A stretch of 64,000 nt of DNA from Macrostomum lignano (Eukaryota), in assembly GCA_002269645.1 (NCBI GenBank), contig NIVC01003641.1, forward strand, positions 22,170-86,169, given 5' to 3'. The notes under the pieces were generated by a model. It did not search any database and was not told where the DNA came from. It saw nothing but the letters and a program-made list of their open reading frames with translations. Below, piece by piece: positions 29,892 to 41,937 of this stretch. The translations under genes and the position numbers were made by a program. Numbering within the stretch: the first letter of the stretch is position 1; every line of letters begins with the position of its first letter.

Positions 29892-32800
29892 TCACCGGTC
29901 GGCAGTGGCCAGCCGAGTCAGGGCAAAGTGGCGCAACGCGGTGTGCAGAAACTCGTACTGCTCGTGCGACTGCACCATCCCGCCGCGGTCCAGTCGCAGG
30001 CGGCAGAGCGTTGCCAAGCAGTCGCAGGCGCCTGTGTCCAGCAGCTGGCGGATGCAGATGCACAGGGCGCAGAAGGCGCCGGTACGGCCCAGGCCGGCGC
30101 TGCAGTGAACCACCAGCAGGCCGGGCAACGACACGGACCGCTCTGCCAGGGGCAGCAGGGAGACAGCCGAATCGGGCGATGTGTGATCGGGCCAGCTGCG
30201 GAACCACAGGTGCTCAACCAGCAGGGGCTCACCGCTGCTCGGCTGCTCAGAGTGCTGTGGGCGGAACCGTCAGTATTGTCGGTTAAAATAGGGTATACAA
30301 ATGCTTGTCAACTACTGATAGTAACTGTAAATGCAGATTATCTAGATAGCGGATAAGTTTCACCCATCACAATCCAGCTAGCAGAGAGTACTCCCTATCG
30401 CTTCGTCTCACATCAAGTCGCAAGAGTCGCCGTTGAAATCCCTGCTCGCCGTTGTCCAATTCAAGCAGCTCGGCGCTCACCCGGCCGTGCCTCATCCGGT
30501 CGCCAACGTGCAGTGGAAAGTACAGCTCGCACTTTGGCCTGTCCCGCTCTACCAGGTCTGTGAGCATGACGATAGCGCTGGGCCGCTGCTCCCAGATCAT
30601 CTGCCAGAAGTCGGCTAGGGTCTCGGCCAGTGGGCCCTGCAGTTGGCGGTAAATTAATCATGCAGTCTCCCTCACCATCCATCATGCAGTCTCCCTCACC
30701 ATCCATCATGCAGTCTCCCTCACCATCCATCATGCAGTCTCCCTCACCATCCATCATGCAGTCTCCCTCACCATCCATCATGCAGTCTCCCTCACCATCC
30801 ATCATGCAGTCTCCCTCACAATCCATCATGCAGTCTCCCTCACCATCCATCATGCAGTCTCCCTCACCATCCATCATGCAGTCTCCCTCACCATCCATCA
30901 TGCAGTCTCCCTCACCATCCATGATGCAGTCTCCCTCACAATCCATCATGCAGTCTCCCTCACCATCCATCATGCAGTCTCCCTCATCTTACATCATGTA
31001 GCCTATCTCACCTTTCGTCATGTAGCCTACATTAACTTCCATCATGTAACCTACCTCACCTTCCTTCATGTAGCCTACCTCCCCTTCCTTCATGTAGCCT
31101 ACCTCCCCTTTCGTCATGTAGCCTACATTAACTTCCATCATGTAACCTACCTCACCTTCCTTCATGTAGCCTACCTCCCCTTCCTTCATGTAGCCTACCT
31201 CCCCTTCCTTCATGTAGCCTACCTCCCCTTCCTTCATGTAGCCTACCTCCCCTTCCGTCATGTAGCCTACCTCCCCTTCCTTCATGTAGCCTACCTCCCC
31301 TTCCGTCATGTAGCCTACCTCCCCTTCCTTCATGTAGCCTACCTCACCTTCCATCATGTAGCCTACCTCCCCTTCCTTCATGTAGCCTACCTCACCTTCC
31401 ATCATGTAGCCTACCTCCCCTTCCTTCATGTAGCCTAACTCCCCTTCCTTCATGTAGCCTACCTCCCCTTCCTTCATGTAGCCTAACTCCCCTTCCTTCA
31501 TGTAGCCTACCTCCCCTTCCATCATGTAGCCTACCTCCCCTTCCTTCATGTAGCCTACCTCCCCTTCCTTCATGTAGCCTACCTCCCCTTCCGTCATGTA
31601 GCCTACCTCACCTTCCATCATGTAGCCTACCTCCCCTTCCGTCATGTAGCCTACCTCCCCTTCCGTCATGTAGCCTACCTCCCCTTCCATCATGTAGCCT
31701 ACCTCACCTTCCATCATGTAGCCTACCTCACCTTCCATCATGTAGCCTACCTCAACTTCCATCATGTAGCCAGCCTACCTCCCCTTCCATCATGTATAGC
31801 CTACCACACCTGGTAAGTAGCTTACAACCCAGTAATTGAACTATTGCCTCAAAATCCCCCTATTATACCAAGCCGAAGCAAAGGTGATTAAGATAATCCG
31901 GAGGCAAGTCAATTACCCAAGCAATCAGCCTTACCTGAGTGGCGATAAAGCGCCGCTCAGCCAGACCGGCTCCGCGCACGAAATTCGCATTGATGTAGCC
32001 GCCATCGTCTAGCGCCACTCTGGTGGCCGCATTCGGCACGATGCTGGCGTAGCGATTCTTCGCTACCGCGCCCGCCTCCGGCAGCTCCTCGCGTCCGGCG
32101 TGGTGCATCGGCACCGACCAGAATTCGCGGAATAGTCGAGCCTGAGGACTGCCGACAGGGTCCAGCAGATCTGAGGTTCGCAGTGGCTGACTAAGCGATC
32201 TGTAGTGTGAGGGTTGGTCGTGTTACTGGCTTGCGACTGTGTCTGTGATCTGAATCCGTGCTTGTTGACTGTGTCTGTGGTCTGAATCCGTGCTTGTTGA
32301 CTGTATCTGTGGTCTGAATCCGTGATTGTTGACTGTGTCTGTGGTCTGAATCCGTGCTTGTTGACTGTGTCTGTGGTCTGAATCCGTGCTTGTTGACTGT
32401 GTCTGTGGTCTGAATCCGTGATTGTTGACTGTGTCTGTGGTCTGAATCCGTGCTTGTTGACTGTGTCTGTGGTCTGAATCCGTGATTGTTGACTGTGTCT
32501 GTGGTCTGAATCCGTGATTGTTGACTGTGTCTGTGGTCTGAATCCGTGCTTGTTGACTGTGTCTGTGGTCTGAATCCGTGCTTGTTGACTGTGTCTGTGG
32601 TCTGAATCCGTGCTTGTTGACTGTGTCTGTGGTCTGTCTCCGAGCTTGTCCCTTATGACTGTGTGTATGTAAGTTTACACGCTCGTATGGTTTTCCTATC
32701 CCGTTAGCAAGCAATGAAACTTTAAAGCCAGATCGCAAGCTGAGCCTGAAATGAAAGCCGACTCACTCTAGCAGACTTCGCTCTTTGTCCTGATCCGGCG

Positions 32801-35074
32801 TGTTGGCCTCCTGGCGGAGGGCTTCGCAACTGGGGCTGAGCGAGATGGTCAGACTGGCTGATGAGCCCCGACGGGAGCCCAGCAAGCCGAGGCCGGCCTG
32901 GCGACGACCGTTGCTGCCCTGCCGACTTGCTGGTCGGTGTTGCTGTGCCAATGGTTTCTGCTGCAGCTGCTGCGGCTGCTGCTGCCTGAGCTGAGGCGAC
33001 TGGCACAGCGGCGACGAGGCCGCTGAGTAAGACGAAATCGACGCCGACGAGGAGGCCGCTGCCGAGTTCGGCTGCACCCGCCGCTGAACGAAGCTGGGCG
33101 TCGCCAATGGCGGAAAGCTGGCGCTGAGACCGCCGACTGCGCTGACTGCGCCGACATTGGCGTCGCTGCCAGCGCTGGCATCGGTGCCGCTGCACTCGGG
33201 CTTGTCTCCACGCAGTCGGCGATGGCAGCACCACTGGGGGCGGGACAGACGGGGCGGCGATTTGTTGTCAGAGGGCGGCTGCATAAGCAACTCGGGGAAT
33301 TTTATCAGGCAGGCGAAGTGGCGGGCAACCTGAGACTTATATAGAGGAAACCTGAGCAGCCAATCGAGATGGATTAGGGTAAGATGTGAAAACATGGTGG
33401 CCAGCTTTGCTAATCCCTGCAGATTGATAGTTGGAATCGAATATCTACATGTCATTTACTGTGTTTGTCTCCTAGACTCTGCATCCGCTAGTTCGTAAAC
33501 ACTGGATCAGAGTTCTTCATCTGCAGAGCGACAAAATCTGTATTAGACAAAGAATTGACTGCTTGGATAGACTCACACTCATTAACCGTCAGTTACCAGT
33601 TTCAGCGGCGTATTGCGGACCTTTTACGATTGACCCAAATGTTGCCATGGTCAGTGCTGACTCACTCAGCTCATTTAGTGCCCAGTTTCAGAATTTATGA
33701 CTAAATATCCTGTCCTGCTCTCTTCTGGCCTTGCAGTACAACTAAACTGAGCGAAAGCAGCCAGTGGAACTAACTAATGCACGATTGCAGTGGTGTGCAG
33801 GACCCCAAATGCAATTCAACACGATCCGTTGGCATAGAAAGAAAGCATGCAGCAGACAAAAAGCGACTGAAACTTGAGCCGAGCTGGTTGGTTGTGACAA
33901 CACCGGACTCGGGGAACCGTTAGCGGAGGTCTGAATGAATCACTATGGGTGATGAGCGAGCACCTTTGCGGCTGCATTTTTTCGGCTGGGCTTCCTGTAC
34001 CTAATCATACTACCTAACATAAGTAGTAATAGTAGTTTTTGTATCGTGTTTTTCTTTGCACTGAACTGCAAAACTAAAAATGTTTGAATTTTCACGAGCA
34101 ACTAGAGTATTGTAAAAATTCACACAGACGCAGCGAACCTACACAAAGGGTTCTTTTTCAGGTTATAAACGATGCTCCTTGCTGTAGTATTACCCTCTAT
34201 GACCCTGGGACTATGAACCCCATGAGTATGGAACTATGACTCCACATGATTGTGGGACTATGACTCTCCATTATTGTGGGACTATGACTTTCTATTACTG
34301 TGAGGACTATGACCCCCAATGACTGTGGGACTATGACTCTATGATTTTGGGACTATGACACCCAATGACTGTGGGACTATGACCTCCAATGACTGTGGGA
34401 CTATGACTCCCCAATGACTGTGGGACTATGACCCCCAGTGACTGTGGGACTATGACCTCCAATGACTGTGGGACTATGACCTCCAATGACTGTGGGACTA
34501 TGACCACCAATGGCTGTGGGACTATGACTCTATGATTTTGGGACTATGACACCCAATGACTGTGGGACAATGACCACCAATGACTGAGGGACTATGACCC
34601 CCCAATGACTGTGGGACTATGACCTCCAATGACTGTGGGACTATGACCACCAATGGCTGTGGGACTATGACTCTATGATTTTGGGACTATGACACCCAAT
34701 GACTGTGGGACAATGACCACCAATGACTGAGGGACTATGACCCCCCAATGACTGTGGGACTATGACCCCCCAATGACTGTGGGACTATGACCCCCAATAA
34801 CTGTGGGACTATGACTCCCCAATGACTGTGGGACTATGACTCCCCAATGACTGTGGGACTATGACCACCAATGACTGTGGGACTATGCGACCCTCAGCAC
34901 CTAGGAACAGTGACCTTGCAAGCGCAATGACAAAGAACTCACAATCAGCAGCAGAACCAGCAGCAGAAGCAGGACGGCGCCAAGGCCAGCAACCAGCGGG
35001 ATCAGCCAGCCCGGTGCCACGGGGACGTCGGTGACATCGCCGGAGTTGGCGGCAGGAGACTCCGGCACACGCAT
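29892..35074 (-). CDS. KIM-family protein tyrosine phosphatase with transmembrane segment (PTPRR/PTPN5/PTP-ER-like)
   Basis: Exons 35074(?)-34943 (WLIPLVAGLGAVLLLLLVLLLI|GTGAGT), 33329-32767 (KIM-like GLLGSRRGSSASLTISL), 32199-31935 (KNRY, YINAN, FIATQ), 30636-30412 (GPL..DFWQMIWEQ), 30254-29892 (WPDH, HCSAGLGRTG, MVQSHEQYEF). All phases match. The start codon is uncertain. Confidence 0.88.
30659..30985. repeat. 24-bp array A (catgcagtctccctcaccatccat)
   Basis: About 13 units in the PTP intron 30637-31934. Confidence 0.95.
30995..31795. repeat. 24-bp array B (catgtagcctacctccccttcctt)
   Basis: About 33 units, abutting array A. Confidence 0.95.
32230..32635. repeat. 32-bp minisatellite (gttgactgtgtctgtggtctgaatccgtgctt)
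   Basis: About 12 units in the PTP intron 32200-32766. Confidence 0.95.
34205..34887. repeat. 24-bp minisatellite (gactgtgggactatgacccccaat)
   Basis: About 28 units in the PTP intron 33330-34942. Confidence 0.93.
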
Positions 35075-37214
35075 CGGCCGGCCTCGCTGTTGCCTCCTCT
35101 GGCCAACAACTTCAACTCAGCGTCCGAGCAGCGTCCGACTGTCCTGAGGGTTGAGCCGCCTCTGCGAGTTGATGGATAGCAACAGGCAGGTGTTTTCACA
35201 TTTCACACACACAATATCAATGCGCTGCAGGCTTGGAATGCGCCAGCGGAAATGCAACTGGGGGGGGGGACTCCGTGCGGTAAAAACTTTTCAATGCTTG
35301 AGCGAGTCTGTCTCCCCTGCTCCAACTCACTCTCAGAGCTGTTTCTGTTCCTTGTTTCTCTAAGCTATCCAAAAAAGGACTTTCCGCTCCACGCTGTTCC
35401 CTTCCCCCCCCCCTTGCTCCGCTCTTCCTCACCTCAACACGCCGTGGAGCTCCATTGAGCTCCTCTCGCCTGCCTTGCCCAAGCCTAGATTAGCAGCGTA
35501 CGGAGGGAAAGGAAGGGTAAGGGGGGGGGGGCAAGGACGCGCATGGGGACGGAGAAGGAGAACTGATCGCTCTCACCCACTCATCAGCCCCGGACAAAGA
35601 GATTGTAGGGTGGAGTTTTTTTGTGAATGAAAATTTAACCAACCGACCTGCTCCCCGGCCTTGCTCTCCAGTTTTTCTGGTACTCTCTACCCTTCACCCC
35701 CCCCCCCCCCGGTTCATTCAGTCCCGTCCCACGCACCCAGCCTAACCCGCCTCCCCGTAAGGCGAGAGAGCGAGGGAGCGAAAGCGATAGGTTCCGCGCA
35801 CTTTGAGCAGGCCAGACGCGTACACACTGACGGAGCCCGCAAACCGCGTCCACCCTCATTCCCCCATAGCTGCCGAGCTGCCCAGCGCCTCTCGTTCCCA
35901 GCAGTTTCTCATTGATGAGGGCCGAAAGCTGCGTAGGCGGGGGGGCTCTCCAATGGCCTCAACTCACGGGGGAGGCGTGGGAGGGCACCGGACGCGCCAG
36001 GATGAAGCAAATGAAAACAGACTCCCACGCCGGCAGAGTCACATGTGGGACCGATCTGATTCCGCGCGAACTCTAACCGACAAGCAGGGAAGGAAGGGGA
36101 GCTCACGGCACAGCCCAAACAACAATACTGAATAGAAGTTCCGATGAGTATTTAATACTCTCTGCTAGCATAATAGCACAATGTTTACAGGCGACTCTTG
36201 TTACCGTCCTGCCCTCTTTTGAGATGGTTAACTCACGTGGTGCACTTTATTTTATGCGTCAACATATTGACTCTACACTCGCGCGTACATGTATGTACTA
36301 TATTGTTAGAGGGCCTGAAATTATTTACACAGCTCCGTGGACTTATAAAATTGCCAATTCAATCCAAGCTGTACAATATTGGCCAAATCAATGCTTGAGA
36401 AGGGGGGAGTGGCCCACTCAGCTTCCCCATGCATCGGGTGTTTCTACGGGGGGAGCCCAGCAGATCATCTTGGACGGGTGTGGCGGCCTCAGAGCCCAAC
36501 TAGAAGCCTCTCGTCCTTGGATGAAGGGAGTGGCTGCCCGGTGTTAGGCTTTGCAATCTCCGTGCGTTTGCAGTCTCCGGTCGGGGCTGCTAAAAGTCCA
36601 TTGTGGGCTCTGCAGAGACAGCTTAAACTCGTAATATCTGAGTAGTCAAATAGCCGCCCACGCCTGTCTGTTGCATTATTAATTGCTAATTGAAATATGT
36701 CATCTCTCATCCATAATTTCATATTGTCATGACTGATGTCTGAGTCAGTCAGTCTTATATGTACATGTAATTCCCACGCCACCCGCCAATTAAACCTGGG
36801 TATTGAGCCCGCTAAATTTGAGCTGCAGTAAACTCCATTACTAATGCACTCTGGGATTGATACCTGCTTTATGCTCATAGAAATGCAGAAAGCATAAATT
36901 TATTAGTACAATTCTGCTATACTGTGCACTAGAAACTGTTGGGGCGGTTTTATATCTCATCATCTAATCCCTGAAATAGAAAATTACGGCCTAAAATTAG
37001 TCAAAATTGCTTTTCAAACGCGCATATTCTGTTCAAGCAACTTTCAGACAGGAAATCACTATCTGGCCTGATTTCTTCAAATCCTCAGAAATCATAATTG
37101 AGTCGGACTAAAAGCTCGAGGGTACCTGTTATCAACTTAAGCCACTCACTCACTGACTGAGACTGAGAATTACATTATATTCCATTCTAGAGACATTTCC
37201 CATATTATTCTCAC

Positions 37215-37885
37215 TGCTGTAGCACCAGGGGCTTTAGCACCAGGGCTTTAGCATCAGGGCTTTAGCACCAGGGGCTTTAGCACCAGGAGCGCCAGCACCA
37301 GGGGCTTTAGCACCAGGAACGCCAGCACAAGGAGCACCAGCACCAGGGGCTTTAGCACCAGGACTTTAGCACTAGGGGCTTTAGCACCAGGGGCTTTAGC
37401 AACAGGGGCGCGCCAGCACCAGGGGCTTTAGCACCAGGAGCGCCAGCACCAGGGGCTTTAGCACCAGGAACGCCAGCACCAGGGCTTAGCACCAGGGCTT
37501 TAGCACCAGGGGCTTTAGCACAAGGAGCGCCAGCACCAGGGGCTTTAGCACCAGGAACGCCAGCACCAGGAGCACCAGCACCAGGGGCTTTAGCAAGAGC
37601 ACCAGCACCAGGGGCTTTAGCACCAGGAGCACCAGCACCAGGGGCTTTAGCACCAGGACTTTAGCGCTAGGGGCTTTAGCACCAGGACTTTAGCACCAGG
37701 GGCTTTAGCAACAGGGGCGCGCCAGCACCAGGGGCTTTAGCACCAGGAGCGCCAGCACCAGGGGCTTTAGCACCAGGAACGCCAGCACCAGGAGCACCAG
37801 CACCAGGGGCTTTAGCACCAGGACTTTAGCACCAGGGGCTTTAGCAACAGGGGCGCGCCAGCACCAGGGGCTTTAGCACCAGGGG
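37215..37885. repeat. ~15-bp composite minisatellite (agcaccaggggcttt and variants)
   Basis: Interleaved variants ggggcttt, gagcgcc, aacgcc. Confidence 0.92.
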
Positions 37886-38670
37886 CGCGCCAGCACAAAA
37901 TTGAGCAAATCAGGCACTCACCCAGCAGTCTTCAACACGCAGCGAAACGAGATGTCGTAGAATATATATTTACGAGTATATTTAATAGTCGATAATTCCC
38001 AAAGCTAGCTTGCTCAAATCTGAAGAAGTCATTACTGTAGAGAAAAATATCAGAAAAAACTAACATGTAGCAACGGCTGAAACAGCCACGAGGAGAGTGT
38101 CAGCTCAGTGCCAATAAACGGGGGACCAGCTATGAAGATAAGCCGAAACAGCTTATTTCCGAAGATAAGTAGTGCTCGCCACCAAAATGCAATTCGTGCT
38201 AATCTATAAGAACTGCAGTTGGCAAAGGGTTTGGCCAGTCACATTTCGATTAGGGCAAGCTTTGGCCAATGGGATTGATTTAACAGAAATTGCTGTAAAA
38301 AGCGTTATAAACTCGGTGGCGTGAGAAAAACAGTGCAGAGTGCAGCCTGTAGGCCGCGCGGAAGCTGACCAGCCTAAACTGTGCTAGCAATTATTCGACT
38401 TTACATTTGGTTAACTGTTCTGTTCTGGAAGTGAACCTGATGAACTTTGGACTATGCTCCTCCCACGCGCTAGCGAAATGATAAAAAATATGTACTTCCT
38501 TCGACCCCCCAGTACAATGGATTTTACGCAAGCATATCACGACGCTTTTTCATTTAACAGACAAACTTTAAGCATACTACTAGTAGTAGCTGAATAGTAG
38601 TACAATTAGAAGATTTGCGTTAACAATCCACAAGGCAATTAAGTAAAAGCAGAAACTTCACTAACTAGAC

Positions 38671-38895
38671 CAGGGGTCGGAAAACTCCACAATAGCAATC
38701 CGGCCCGCTTGTGTCTTCTCAGCTCTCTTCTTTCATCTCTCATCTTATCTATCCTCTTCTACGCTTCGTATTCTCTCATCTCCTCTTTCCTGTTCTTTCT
38801 CCTCTCTTCCCTCTGCTTTCCTCTCTCACCTGGCCCGCAGGCATGAGCTGGATTATTTCTCTGGCCCTCAAGGTAAAAAGGTTTGCCGACCCCAG
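38671..38895. mobile_element. hAT-type MITE
   Basis: Termini CAGGGGTCGGAAAAC and GTTTGCCGACCCCAG, internal cggcccgc motifs, degenerate 8-bp flanks aactagac / atttaaac. Confidence 0.55.
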
Positions 38896-39109
38896 ATTTA
38901 AACAATCAGTTTGGCATTAACTACAGAACTAGTAAGCTGTAGCAAGACAGCTGCCTGGATATTGGGGTTAGGATTAGGGTTGATGTGCAGGCAGTTATCG
39001 TGGAGGCAGTAGTAGTGCAGGCAGTTGTCTTGCAGGTAGTTGTGCGCAGGTAATTGTCGTAGAACGCACTATAGCAATCATTAAAAACAACAAGATGTCA
39101 AGAAAAACT

Positions 39110-39925
39110 AGGGCAGCGTCACAGGGCGGCTTGGGGCCTGGGCGCGAACGAAGGTCACGCCGCCGACCAAATCCGGGTCGCCAGCGCCTGCCTGGACGCA
39201 GTTGACGAAGCGCTGCGAGTGCATGCTTGTCACCGCCGTAGCTGGCTGCCTGAAGCGCCAGCAGCAGCAGCACATCTCCTGCACCATCTGTGGACAGTGC
39301 GACTCGGCGCAGTTGATGTGGCTTTCTAACTGGAGTCTCCGACGGTGCAACAGGTCACTTGGACGGGACCAGGACAGTGTGGCGATACAGCGTGCCGCGT
39401 TGGTGACTCACTCTTCGCCGATCTCACTCGTGGCGCAGCAGTTCAGCATGCGCCGCATCAACTTGCTGTTCGAGCGAGTTCTGCCAGCGTTCAGGTCTCG
39501 GCGTTGTAAATCAGGACGGTCTCGACCACCGTCTGGAGTAACGCCAGCATCTGGCGGTCAGATACGGCCTTGGACTGCAGGACAGCCAGCCCTTACAGAA
39601 CGAATACCGTGGACGTCGGAAACCAAACCGTCGAGGTAGACGAACTGCAACTTCATGTCGTCCGGCAAAATGGTCTTCTGAGTGTTGACCACCAGGCTGA
39701 CACTCGCTGCAACAGCAACCAGACTGTACAGCTTCACTAGGACGGTTGAGGACAACAGGGCGCAATCGTCGACGTAGCCAAACACGCTGAGCCGCCTCCT
39801 CTCCAGATAGCGTCGACCCACGCGTCGTGGCAGCAGAAAGCCGTTGTCGTTGGTAAGAAGAGCAGTCCCCAGCCCCTAGCCAAGCGGCACAACAAACAGG
39901 AACGGCGCTGGCCCATCTACCTGAA
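39110..39925 (-). mobile_element. Degenerate RTE-type LINE, 3' part of the RT ORF
   Basis: Pieces read APFLFVV, FGYVDDCALL, VVNTQKT, LHRRRLQLESHINCAESHCPQ, FVRAQA across frameshifts. Confidence 0.7.
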
Positions 39926-40059
39926 GCCCGCAGAGAATAAAGTTCCCTAATTGTGTGAAACTGTGTAGAATTAGTCCATTAGTACACGTACACGCGTTTA
40001 TTGTTAGGTCTTCAAACACGCTCGTACCACAGAATATCCTGTTTCAAATAAATATGGCA

Positions 40060-41015
40060 TGGATATAACGCGGTCCGGATCACGTGACCTACAAGAGTTA
40101 CATGCAATCAGAGTCGCCACCGAAGCTGGAATGCTGCGCACGCACTGCTCGCCGTCAGCGCCTTCGCCATGGAGCTATTCTCGTACAATCAACGAGGCTG
40201 GGGGAAGGAGATTACCCTCCACTCAGACAGCCAAGCGACGATCCACGCCCTTAAGCGCATCACCACCTGCTCACGTACAGTTCTCGACTGCATCGCGTAG
40301 CGTAACCGCTTAGGCGCCTCCAACTAGGTGTCTCTAAGATGGATCCCCGGGCAGTTGGGCCACCCCGGCAACGAGTCAGCCGATGGCCTGGCCAAGGCTG
40401 GCTCGATCGGGTCTTTTAATGATTCCTTTGCCTATGTCCCCCACCCCCACCAGCCGTTGTCACGACTCGTATTAACCAGTGGGTGGCATCTAAGCACAGA
40501 AAGGTGGGATAACGCCCCCGACTGCCGGCAATCGCGCGCGACTGTCGCCTGTTCCTCACCCGACCTCCGCAGGGCCCTGCTTAGACTCAACTGCAGGGAC
40601 ATCAGGGCGGTAACCATGGCCCTCTCAAGCAATGGCTGTTTTGCAAAGCAGGGAAAAACCCAGGGAAAAATCCGCATTAATGAATGCCTCCTCTGCCTCT
40701 CCGGTGTTCAGAATGCGGAGCACTTTGTAAATGCTCCGCCTTTACTCAGGACAGGTCCAAACCCGGACCGTTTTGTCAGTTTCAGGCTCGAGAATTTCTG
40801 CCAGCTCGTCCGCTACCTTAGGGCAACCGGGCGAGCGACCATCCACCTCCTGGACACCGGCACCACCGGCGGACACCGGCACCACCGGATCTCCCTGCGC
40901 GACACCGCAGCACTAGCTGCCCGTAGTTGCCATGGGTTAGCGGAATGGGCGTCAACGCCTCTCCGCTGCACCCGGATGCCCGGAGCCCCCTGCCCTGCAG
41001 CTAAGTCAGGTCTAA
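40060..41015 (+). mobile_element. 5'-truncated RNase H-bearing LINE (same family as 56611-64000)
   Basis: ELHAIRVATE, LRWIPGQLGHPGNESADGLAK, CLLC..NAEHF, and a 3' end ctgcagctaagtcag matching the end of the other copy. Confidence 0.8.
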
Positions 41016-41937
41016 GAGGTTGCAGCTGGGTTGCTCTGACACAGGGCCTGGATCTCAAAGCGCATGTCAGTTATATGAAGACCTAGCAGCTTTCTTGCAA
41101 ATGGACTTTTAATCAATTTATCCAAGAGAATAAAATGAAGGCTGTTAACCCGTGAATTATATGCGCGTTTAGTTTTTACATGCTAAAATGTGGGCAACTA
41201 TTGGAGTGTTTACAGGTGTGCATGTCTTCTGAAGAGGGCAAGATGTCTATTTGGGGTAACATCCGTAACTACTAAAGAGGCCAAGGTATCTACTGAAGAG
41301 GTGACTTCACCTCGTTAGGTTAGGTGATGTGCGTCTTAGTTTGACCATAGACAACACTAATAAATGCTTATTTCGCGTGCGTCCTGCAATAAAGCACGAA
41401 AACAAGAAACTAAAAGCTATTTGTCTCGTCAAGCAACTATGGCTGAAGCGTCTCGTCAAACGCTTTTTAATTGAAAACATCTTGCTGTCGACGCCTTAAA
41501 CGGTGTGAATATGGGAGTTGTAATTTTTGTCTGAGCTTACCTTTTCGAACCATCATGATGACCAGGCGTTTGTCTGAATTCATTCACTGGCTGGAGAACG
41601 ACCGACGCAATGAAGACCCGTCGGAACTGCCGAAAATGGATGTCTCTGATGTGGATTTGAGTTCGACAATGGATAGCGTTGAGTTACAGTCATTGCCGAT
41701 ATCAACGGTTGAGCAGATAAATCGGTGTATTCGCTATCGAATCTCGTGTGTATCCGAGGATCTTTGGGAACTGCCTTTTTGAGAACTGTATATTTCACTT
41801 TGGGTGAGACATTGATTATCGCATCATCAAATTTCAACTACAAACTGATGAAGTGCACTGTGACATAATTTATCATGAACTCCTTTCGTGTAAATTGTTC
41901 TTTAGTTGTATTCATTTTTGCCCTTTTGTTCATTTAC

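Noticed and set aside
33641-33654. X-box-like gttgccatggtcag
   Set aside because: Only one good half-site, and it falls inside a PTP intron once the TM exon is included.
38995-39350. Signal-peptide-like LLLLALQAASYG as a PTP ectodomain exon
   Set aside because: It lies in register with the 3' end of the RTE-type LINE ORF, so it is better explained as TE sequence.
41471-41837. Short ORFs beside the foldback element
   Set aside because: No recognisable domain on either strand.
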